A stretch of DNA of 51,807 nt from Candidatus Eiseniibacteriota bacterium (GTDB taxonomy: Bacteria > Arandabacterota > Arandabacteria > Arandabacterales > Arandabacteraceae). Within the stretch, counting starts at the first letter, position 1, and each line of letters begins with the position of its first letter. Position numbers and translations under genes: made by a program. The stretch lies in the NCBI GenBank assembly GCA_043810925.1, contig JBDRNT010000162.1, positions 1 to 51,807 on the forward strand, read 5' to 3'. Shown piece by piece: positions 1-7,293 of the stretch. Below the pieces are notes generated by a model. It was not told the DNA's origin, ran no database searches, and worked only from the letters and a program-made list of their open reading frames with translations.

Positions 1-152
1 GCAGTGAGGCACTGACACCAAAACCTGCGAAGTCCCGGCAATGGCTGGACGCTGATCACTCAGTTATAAGGGGTGAGATCACCCCACCCCGAGGGCGGCG
101 TATGCCCTATTGACAGGTGCCTCTTAATGGGTGACCCCATCTTTGACCCATC

Positions 153-181
153 TTGCATAGGAGCCTCATCTAGGGTATGAT
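153..181 (+). promoter_or_regulatory. Putative sigma70 promoter of the large regulator gene
   Basis: TTGCAT-17 nt-TATGAT, 20 nt upstream of the ATG at 202. Confidence 0.5.
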
Positions 182-201
182 CATACAGAGAGCGGTGATC
201 T

Positions 202-3200
202 ATGGACTATACAATCGACAGCAAGATCGGCAGCGGGAGCTTCGGCGTTGTCTATAAGGCCCACGACAGATCCGGGCGCAGGTGCGCCGTCAAGCTGGTC
301 AAGCCGGGTGGCAGCGGTGCCAAGCTCGGTGCGAGCCTGTTGCGAACTCAATATGAACTGCTTTCATCTCTGACCCACGCGCGAATAGTCAGAGCGCTGG
401 ACTTTGACGCTGATTCATCGCATGGTCCGATGCTTGTGACGGAGATGCTTGACGGTGTCGATCTCAAGACCTACGTTGAAACCCGAGGAATCGGGGATTT
501 AGTCCTCATAACCGCCATGGTGCTTGATGGCCTCCGCTATCTGCACAGTCTCGGAAAAGTCCACGGTGATCTGAAGCCCGATAGCATCATCGTCAGCGAC
601 CTCAGCGGAAGTATCGAGGTGACTCTGATTGATGCCGGCTTCGACTACGGCAGGGGTTCGAAGCTGCCTACGCTGGAGGGGACGCTTGCTTATCTTGCCC
701 CCGAGATAACCCGTCACATGCCGGGTGATGGGCGAAGTGATCTCTACTCGCTGGGGGTCATACTCCATGAGATGCTGACGGGACGTTGTCCATTCGGTGG
801 GGCGGGTGAGGAGGAGATACTCGAAAATCACCTTGAGCTGGTGCCGGATGATCCGAGCAGTCTCAACCCTGATGTCGAAGTAGCCTGGGACGAGTTCGTG
901 GGCACGCTGCTTAAGAAGGAAGCTTTCTTAAGGTACAATGATGCCGTCCACGCCGGACTTGAGCTCGAGAGGCTGTTTGGGCCTTCCACGGTCTTTCTCG
1001 ATAACGTACTGCCGCCGGACTCCGCAGTATTGGTGGGCAGGGACGAAGAGATCAAGGGACTCAAGCACTGCCTGCTGCCATCCCGCGGTAAGGGTGTGAT
1101 TGTCCGGAGTCAGCGCGGGTGGGGTGTGAGTCGCGTGCTCCACGAGATCGAATGCCTTGCCAGGTTGAGCGGTTACAAGGTTCATACGGTCTCGCTTGAT
1201 GAGAAAATGCCGGGCTTTGCCCAGGTTGTCGATGCGATCCTTGGTGACGGGGCTGCGGCTGCAGGAACGCCAGCCGGCCTTGAACCCGGCTCAGGCGGCA
1301 GTGAAGCTGACTACCTCGATAGACTTCTTGGTGCATGTTATTCGAATCTCTCGCCGGACAGGAAGCACCTGCTTGCCATAGACCGAGGCGAGGTGATGGA
1401 TCAGCGCGAGCTGCGGATGCTCGGTACGATAGCGGCGCGGCTCGGCGATCTTGTGAGTGTGGTCATCGGATACCAGACCGACGAACCTCCCGCAGAGAAG
1501 GTTGCCGGTCATGAGATCTTTGAGACAGTCCGTCTCGAGCCGCTCGACCGCGGCACGCTGAACGTATTGCTGAAGAGCTACTTCGGTGTGAGTGCTGTGC
1601 CGGATGATCTTCTCGAAGAGCTGCATAGCGTCAGCGGTGGCAATCCCGATTTCGTAGGTCTTATGCTCAAGCATCTCTGGAGCACAGGGAGTGTGAGGAT
1701 TGAGGCGAAGCAGGGGGTGCTCGAGGTCGTCTGGGACAGAACGATGGGGATACCCAACACAGTCAGAGATGTAATGCAGGAGAGGTTGCGCGGCCTGAGT
1801 CCCCAGGCATCGGAAGTCCTGAAGTTCATCTGCGTGGGTGTAGGACAGATCGAGACAACCCTGCTGGCGGGTGTATCATCCGAAGGTAAGGTTGACCGGG
1901 CCCTGCGGGAGCTGATCGGGAGCGGTCTGGTTGAGGTGAGCGAAGACAAGACCTCAGTGCGCCTCAAGTGGAAGAATCTCACCGAACTCATACGTGACAC
2001 GATACCGCCTGAGACCCTGAAGGATGCAAGCCTCAGACTTGCATCCTTTATCGAAGCGAAACCCGGGAGTTGCCGTGATTACTTCGTGCTGGGAACACTC
2101 TATCTTGATGGCGGTGAGCGTGAACGTGCCTTTGCATATCTGGTTCAGGCCGGAGACTACTTCGCGGGCTTCTCGGCCCGGGACGCGATCTCGGCCTATG
2201 CCAAAGCCCTGCAGTGCGGCGCGGGTTCCGATCAGGTTGCGGAAGTCGAGGAAAAGATCGGGACTATCAAGCTGGCCCGGGGTGATGCGGCCGATGCGGC
2301 AGTCCACTTTGAACGAGCTGCGACCTCCAGACCTTCGGCAGCCAGGAAGATGGGCTGGGTCGCGGCCCTACGGGGCGCTCTGGCCGAGGCCGCCGAGATT
2401 CTGTCACGCTGTGAGACCGCAGCCGGCCAGGCAGGTGATGTCATCGAAACAGCAATGATACGTTCCGATCTGGGGCACGTCCGCTCTCTCGAGTCACGCA
2501 AGGACCTGGCCCTGGACCTGCTAAGACAAGCGCGGGCCGTCTTTATTGAGCAGGGCATGCCGGGCGAAGCCGGCAGGGCTGCGAACCGCATAGGCATCGC
2601 CGAGATGCGCTCGGCCAACTTCAAAGGGGCTGCGCGTGCCTGGATCGAGGCGATTGCGGATTTCGAACAGGCCGGCGACAGCAAGACCGCAGCAGTTTGT
2701 CTCATGAACCTGGGTCTGTGCCATCGCAAGCAGATGGACTTCGACCGTGCAGATGACGCCTTGAAGCGCGCCCTGGCGGTTTTCGATGAATTGAAGGCTC
2801 TTCACGAGCGGGCAAGCTGCTGTCAGAACTACGCGATCTTGATGCTTGACCTCGGAAATCTGTCGGGTGCCCTTGGGCTTGCCGGGGAGGCGCTGAGCCT
2901 TAACACATTGCTGGGCAGGAGTGCGGGGGTCGTGGCCCCGACAATCCTGCTGTCCGCGATAGCGATTGAGTCGGGCAACTGGGTGGAGGCGGAGAAGAGA
3001 CTTTCGGAACTGCTTGAGGACGGTCCTTTCCTTGATGACTATCACCTGGCCATGGTTAAGCGGTATCTCGCTGCAACGAGTGCTATGCGTGGAAAGTGTG
3101 GACAGGCCGTCGAGCTCATAGACGAAAGCCACGATCTGGCCTGCAAGGCGGATGACGCCGAGGGGCAGGGGCAGGCGATGCTCCAGAAGGGTGAAATACT

Positions 3201-5250
3201 TCTCAGGTGTGACAGGCCGAAGGAGGCTCTTCGGGTTGCCAGGAAGGCACTGGTAACACTGGGTCTTGCCTCGTCGCCGCTTCTGGCGGATGAGGCCCAG
3301 CGTGTGGTGGGTGAGGCGCTTGCGGTGTGCGGGGATACGGAGGCGGCGATAGCGGAGCTGATGCAGGCAAGGCAGGGATTCGAGGGCCTACCGGAATCTC
3401 TCCATATCGGACGTGTATTTCGGGCGCTGGCGCTGGCGCTTTATCGGGAAGGGGACCACGAGTCGTTCACCGAGTACATCAATCGTTCGATAGAGATCTT
3501 CAGAAACGCGAATGCACGTTATGACTACGCCGTGGCATTACTGCTCGGTGGCAGCGAGGCGAGCGACCGGGGAAATCTCTTGCAGGCAAGGCACTACCTG
3601 CTTGAGGCTGCGCGGATTCTCGAGACACTTGACATAAAGGACCTCCATGAAAGGGCGGTGTGTGAGATGGACAGGATCCCGGCGGGTGATCTGGAAACAC
3701 GGGCTGTCTCGTCACTCAGCAAGATATCCGAAACTCTAAGCTCCAGCCACGATCTTACGACCGTGCTCAACCTCGCGATGGATCTTGCAATCGAGTATCT
3801 GGGTGCGGAGAGAGGCGCTCTCATGCTCGAAGATGATGGGACCGGTGATCTCAAGACTTTTGTCGAGCGAAAAATGGACCGCGAGTCACTGCGTGAGGTG
3901 ATGGGAATCAGCGGGTCGATCGTCGAATCAGTCAGATCGTCGGGGGAGTCTGTGATAGAGGGTGACGCCACCAAGGATCCCAGATTCAAGGACAGCCAGA
4001 GTGTGAGGATTCATAACGTGATGTCGGTGATGTGTGTTCCGCTCACGATGGGCAGCAAGTTTCTGGGGATAATATATCTCGACAGCCGGGGTGTGCCGTC
4101 GAGCCTCTCCACGCTTGAGAAGGCGTTCGTTGAGGCGTTTGCCAACCAGGTTTCGCTCGCGATTGAAAATGCCAGACTTGTGGGGAAGCTGCATGAAGAT
4201 GTTGCCGACCTCAAGACCAGAGCCAGAGAGAAGTACAGCCACGCAAATATAATAGGACCGGGCAAGAAGATGCAGGAGGTTTTCAGGAAGGTTGAAATAG
4301 CAGCCGGCAGCGAGATAAGGGTCATGCTGACAGGCGAGAACGGTACGGGCAAGGAGGAGATAGCGCGGCTCATTCATGAACGAAGCCAGTGGAGCGATAA
4401 ACCGCTTGTCATCGTCAATTGCGCTGCGATTCACCATGATCTGATCGAGACCGAGCTCTTTGGAATAGAAGAGCGTGTGGCCACAGGCGTATCCTCCCGG
4501 TCGGGCATCTTCGAACGGGCAGACGGAGGTACAGTTTTCCTTGACGAGATAGGCGACATGCCGCTTCCGACCCAGGCAAGAGTCCTCCGGGTTCTGGACC
4601 GTCACGAGTTCGAGAGAGTCGGTGGATCGAAGGTACTCAAGGTCAAGATCCGGGTCGTGAGTGCAACAAACAAGGATCTCAATGAACTGATCGAGAAGGG
4701 CCTCTTCAGATCAGACCTCTATTTCAGGCTCCATGGAATGCGGATACACCTTCCCGCTCTGCGCGAGAGAATGGAAGACCTGCCTGCTCTGATCGATTAC
4801 TTTGTCGGGAAGTACGCGTCTCAGAATTCAAAATCCAGAATGTCGGTGTCCGACCAGGCACTCGAGATTCTCAAGACCTATATCTGGCCGGGAAATGTCC
4901 GGGAGCTGGAGAGGTGCATAGAGCATGCAGTTGTTGTTGCCGAAGGGACCCGGATCCGCCCCGAGCATTTTCCGATCGAGATCCACGAGAGCCTGAGAGC
5001 GGCCGATATCGACGACAGGATCCGCGGGGCTCGCAGCTCGACACTTCCCGAGGCCGTCCGGCGCCTCGAGCAAGATCTGATCGCGGTGGCGCTGGAGGAG
5101 TGTGGTGGGGTTAAGACACTGGCTGCGGAGCGGCTCGGCATACATGAAAGCACACTGAGGAAGAAGATGAAGATCCTGGGCATAGGCCCGGGTCACAATT
5201 CCGGCAATCAAACGCCCGCAAGCAGTCGTGAGAACGTACGAATCGTATAA
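202..5250 (+). CDS. Multidomain sigma54-dependent activator: Ser/Thr kinase-like, degenerate STAND/AAA, TPR repeats, GAF, sigma54 AAA+, Fis HTH
   Basis: Kinase motifs IGSGSFGVV, AVK, HGDLKP, GTLAYLAPE, SDLYSLG; LVGRDEE...GGNP STAND-like region; helical TPR-like repeats; GAF (SVMCVPL...LGIIYLDS); GENGTGKE, GGTVFLDEIG, FRSDLYFRL, WPGNVRELE; C-terminal AAERLGIHESTLRKKM. Confidence 0.92.
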   Translation: MDYTIDSKIGSGSFGVVYKAHDRSGRRCAVKLVKPGGSGAKLGASLLRTQYELLSSLTHARIVRALDFDADSSHGPMLVTEMLDGVDLKTYVETRGIGDLVLITAMVLDGLRYLHSLGKVHGDLKPDSIIVSDLSGSIEVTLIDAGFDYGRGSKLPTLEGTLAYLAPEITRHMPGDGRSDLYSLGVILHEMLTGRCPFGGAGEEEILENHLELVPDDPSSLNPDVEVAWDEFVGTLLKKEAFLRYNDAVHAGLELERLFGPSTVFLDNVLPPDSAVLVGRDEEIKGLKHCLLPSRGKGVIVRSQRGWGVSRVLHEIECLARLSGYKVHTVSLDEKMPGFAQVVDAILGDGAAAAGTPAGLEPGSGGSEADYLDRLLGACYSNLSPDRKHLLAIDRGEVMDQRELRMLGTIAARLGDLVSVVIGYQTDEPPAEKVAGHEIFETVRLEPLDRGTLNVLLKSYFGVSAVPDDLLEELHSVSGGNPDFVGLMLKHLWSTGSVRIEAKQGVLEVVWDRTMGIPNTVRDVMQERLRGLSPQASEVLKFICVGVGQIETTLLAGVSSEGKVDRALRELIGSGLVEVSEDKTSVRLKWKNLTELIRDTIPPETLKDASLRLASFIEAKPGSCRDYFVLGTLYLDGGERERAFAYLVQAGDYFAGFSARDAISAYAKALQCGAGSDQVAEVEEKIGTIKLARGDAADAAVHFERAATSRPSAARKMGWVAALRGALAEAAEILSRCETAAGQAGDVIETAMIRSDLGHVRSLESRKDLALDLLRQARAVFIEQGMPGEAGRAANRIGIAEMRSANFKGAARAWIEAIADFEQAGDSKTAAVCLMNLGLCHRKQMDFDRADDALKRALAVFDELKALHERASCCQNYAILMLDLGNLSGALGLAGEALSLNTLLGRSAGVVAPTILLSAIAIESGNWVEAEKRLSELLEDGPFLDDYHLAMVKRYLAATSAMRGKCGQAVELIDESHDLACKADDAEGQGQAMLQKGEILLRCDRPKEALRVARKALVTLGLASSPLLADEAQRVVGEALAVCGDTEAAIAELMQARQGFEGLPESLHIGRVFRALALALYREGDHESFTEYINRSIEIFRNANARYDYAVALLLGGSEASDRGNLLQARHYLLEAARILETLDIKDLHERAVCEMDRIPAGDLETRAVSSLSKISETLSSSHDLTTVLNLAMDLAIEYLGAERGALMLEDDGTGDLKTFVERKMDRESLREVMGISGSIVESVRSSGESVIEGDATKDPRFKDSQSVRIHNVMSVMCVPLTMGSKFLGIIYLDSRGVPSSLSTLEKAFVEAFANQVSLAIENARLVGKLHEDVADLKTRAREKYSHANIIGPGKKMQEVFRKVEIAAGSEIRVMLTGENGTGKEEIARLIHERSQWSDKPLVIVNCAAIHHDLIETELFGIEERVATGVSSRSGIFERADGGTVFLDEIGDMPLPTQARVLRVLDRHEFERVGGSKVLKVKIRVVSATNKDLNELIEKGLFRSDLYFRLHGMRIHLPALRERMEDLPALIDYFVGKYASQNSKSRMSVSDQALEILKTYIWPGNVRELERCIEHAVVVAEGTRIRPEHFPIEIHESLRAADIDDRIRGARSSTLPEAVRRLEQDLIAVALEECGGVKTLAAERLGIHESTLRKKMKILGIGPGHNSGNQTPASSRENVRIV

Positions 5251-5258
5251 TCATACGA
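5243..5258. promoter_or_regulatory. Palindromic site TCGTA-N6-TACGA (candidate enhancer, distal copy)
   Basis: TCGTA TAATCA TACGA within the longer inverted repeat AATCGTAT..ATACGATT; preceded by GTACG like the second copy. Confidence 0.5.
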
Positions 5259-5406
5259 TTGGGTGATCATGAATTCCCACCTGCGGGTCCTTTCTGCCAT
5301 ATCGTTCTAACCTCAATCAAACCAATTGGAAATCAGCATTCATACTGAGATCGACTGCCTGCCTATCCTGTATCGATCCTACTGGAGGTCTGAAGAAAGT
5401 ACGCTG

Positions 5407-5422
5407 TCGTACATATATACGA
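5407..5422. promoter_or_regulatory. Palindromic site TCGTA-N6-TACGA (candidate enhancer, proximal copy)
   Basis: TCGTA CATATA TACGA, about 100 nt upstream of the -24 element, a typical bEBP UAS position. Confidence 0.55.
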
Positions 5423-5476
5423 GCGAGTCGTTTGGTTTCAGTTGAACTCAGATTCATCTTATGTTAAGCTTATAAA

Positions 5477-5489
5477 TAGCAAATAGTTA
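5477..5489 (+). promoter_or_regulatory. IHF-like binding site
   Basis: TAGCAA-ATAG-TTA, one mismatch to WATCAANNNNTTR, in an AT-rich tract between the candidate UAS and the sigma54 promoter. Confidence 0.4.
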
Positions 5490-5521
5490 CAGGGCCAACA
5501 AATTCTACGAACTTGTAGATA

Positions 5522-5537
5522 CGGAACAGGCCTTGCA
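5522..5537 (+). promoter_or_regulatory. sigma54 (-24/-12) promoter of the small peptide gene
   Basis: CGGAACAGGCCTTGCA = GG-N10-GC with TTGCA at -12. Confidence 0.7.
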
Positions 5538-5591
5538 GTAGAGGCCAGAGGGGCGAATGCGATCGGTGAGGGGAAGGGAGGAGGCTTAACG

Positions 5592-5804
5592 ATGCGGACA
5601 AAGCGTTTGCATTGGGCAGTGATCGCGCTCTTTGGCATTTTGGTACTGACTATGATGTCACCGTGCTTTGCGAGCGGTGAGGATGAAGAACCTGGAGATC
5701 CGTATGATCTTCCACCGGGAAGTGACTCCCTTGACCCGACGCCGCGCACTCTTAGCGATTTCTGGATGATCGTGATGGCCATGGCATTTCAGTTGGCGCT
5801 CTGA
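5592..5804 (+). CDS. 70-aa micro-protein with signal peptide, acidic Pro-rich core and hydrophobic C-terminus
   Basis: Strong RBS GGAGGAGG; basic N-terminus MRTKR, hydrophobic stretch, probable cleavage after CFA; sigma54 promoter upstream. Confidence 0.75.
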   Translation: MRTKRLHWAVIALFGILVLTMMSPCFASGEDEEPGDPYDLPPGSDSLDPTPRTLSDFWMIVMAMAFQLAL

Positions 5805-5846
5805 AGAGTGGTTTGTTTGTCTGAGCCCAGGGGCTAAGGTGCCGGC

Positions 5847-6596
5847 GTGGGCGAGGGGGGGGTGGTGATTGTGGTAACAATGAGTGAAGATCCGACTATG
5901 AAGCCTGTTGTTCGACTTGTGATCATGGCCGCGGCCTGTCATGCCAATGTCCTGCTTGTGGGTGAAAGCGGGGTCGGCAAGACTTATCTGGCACGACAGA
6001 TACACGAGGCTTCCACCTCGTGCCCGGGGGATTTCCGCGTTCTCTTCTGTGCCCCCGACGCGGCCACCGAAATGTCGACTGACAGACTGATGGACAAGCT
6101 TCTGTCGTTGGAACACGAAGGTGGAACAATCTATTTAAAGAACATCGATGTTCTGAGTGCCATAGGTCAGCGGAAACTGCTGGGCTACCTGGATTCAAGA
6201 GAGCGCAGGATGAAAGCAGGCTGTCTCTCGAGCGGGGGGTTTGCTCGACTGATCTTCTCCAGCGGGCGAGACCTGAGACTGGAGGCTGCGGCGGGAAGGT
6301 TTATGAGGCAACTCTACCTGAGGGCCTCAGTGATAACCATAGCCGTTCCCCCCTTAAGACAGCGAGAGGCAGACATAGTTAGCCTGGCAAGACACTTTGT
6401 CAGTCTGTATTCGGACCAGGAACGCAAAGGTCTGAAGGGCCTCAGCGATGATGCGGAGTGCATGCTGACAAGGGTTTCCTGGGAGGGCAACATCCACGAG
6501 CTCAAGAACACGATGAACCGGGCTGTGGTGTTCGCCGAAGATGGTCAGGTTTTAAGTGCCGTCCATCTGGAGGGTGTGCTCCAGCAGGTCGGTTGA
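5847..6596 (+). CDS. Stand-alone degenerate sigma54-activator-type AAA+ domain (no GAFTGA, no HTH); true start probably 5865-5880
   Basis: GESGVGKT Walker A, GRFMRQLYLR, PPLRQR, WEGNIHELKN; Walker B altered to IYLKNID. Confidence 0.8.
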   Translation: MGEGGVVIVVTMSEDPTMKPVVRLVIMAAACHANVLLVGESGVGKTYLARQIHEASTSCPGDFRVLFCAPDAATEMSTDRLMDKLLSLEHEGGTIYLKNIDVLSAIGQRKLLGYLDSRERRMKAGCLSSGGFARLIFSSGRDLRLEAAAGRFMRQLYLRASVITIAVPPLRQREADIVSLARHFVSLYSDQERKGLKGLSDDAECMLTRVSWEGNIHELKNTMNRAVVFAEDGQVLSAVHLEGVLQQVG

Positions 6597-6626
6597 CGGC
6601 CGGCACGGAGGCAGAAGCTAATCTAT

Positions 6627-7019
6627 ATGTTAAGAAGAGACCTGATTGAGGAGTCACTGCATTACTTGATGATCAATGTGCTCGTCGACAAGCTCGAGAA
6701 GGACGGTTTCACAGTACGGGCCGATCACGTGGGTGGTTTAAGGGATAGGCCGGAGTCCATCGAGGGGTATGTCCCTGACATAGAGGCCAAAAGGGGTGCC
6801 GAGGTACAACTGATCGAAGTGGAGACCGAGTCCACCCTGGACTCGGAGGAAGCTCGCGAGCAGCTGGCCAAACTGACCTCGGCATCCCGCGGCAAAGTCT
6901 ATCTGGCCGTGCCCCATGATTGCCTTGATAGGGCAAGGGGTGTCAGAGATGACCTCAAGGCCGGTGTCGTCATCCTGCCATGTTATCCCTTTGTCAGGTA
7001 CGTCGGGACGCCCAAATAG
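6627..7019 (+). CDS. Small hypothetical protein with a PD-(D/E)xK nuclease-like motif
   Basis: LEKDGFTV...YVPDIEAKRG...LIEVET pattern; 130 aa. Confidence 0.65.
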   Translation: MLRRDLIEESLHYLMINVLVDKLEKDGFTVRADHVGGLRDRPESIEGYVPDIEAKRGAEVQLIEVETESTLDSEEAREQLAKLTSASRGKVYLAVPHDCLDRARGVRDDLKAGVVILPCYPFVRYVGTPK

Positions 7020-7029
7020 GACCGGCGTA

Positions 7030-7072
7030 TGCCATGATGGCAAGTCCGGACTCCTGCCCTGCCATACAGGCA
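7030..7072. promoter_or_regulatory. Paired palindromes (candidate bEBP enhancer for dnaK)
   Basis: TGCCATGATGGCA (7030-7042) and TGCCATACAGGCA (7060-7072), 30 nt apart, about 105-150 nt upstream of a sigma54 promoter. Confidence 0.55.
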
Positions 7073-7175
7073 TAAGTCCCGCGCTCCACGCGCCTCATCA
7101 TACCGGTTGATGCGTCATCGTAACTCTTTATAAGTCAATTGATAAGCATGGAATCTCCCGACTGTTTACCTCCAA

Positions 7176-7191
7176 TGGCATGCCGCTTGCT
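7176..7191 (+). promoter_or_regulatory. sigma54 promoter of dnaK
   Basis: TGGCATGCCGCTTGCT, near-consensus TGGCAC-N5-TTGCW. Confidence 0.8.
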
Positions 7192-7293
7192 GTATAAGCG
7201 CTCGGACAGGTGAATAGCATGTGAGAAAACATACCGAGTGAAGTGCAGGCCCTTCATGGGATTGCCACTCTGCTCACAAGGGGGGAGATTCAA

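Noticed and set aside
1-113. Open frame at the window start (possible 3' end of an upstream CDS)
   Set aside because: Too short and without recognisable motifs to support a call
5500-5520. AAATTCTAC-GAACTT-GTAGAT resembles the Cas12a crRNA handle (AATTTCTAC...GTAGAT)
   Set aside because: Single copy, one mismatch in the handle, a longer loop, no array and no cas gene; better read as a palindrome next to the sigma54 promoter or as chance
6594-6629. The TGA of the pseudo-bEBP is in frame with the downstream nuclease-like ORF with no intervening stop (possible readthrough fusion)
   Set aside because: One-in-three chance of being in frame; the downstream ORF has its own GGAGG and ATG; no SECIS-like hairpin or Sec context seen
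7262-7288. Possible CIRCE element before dnaK (TTGCCACTC)
   Set aside because: The left arm has two mismatches and the right arm (GGGGGGAGA) does not match GAGTGCTAA
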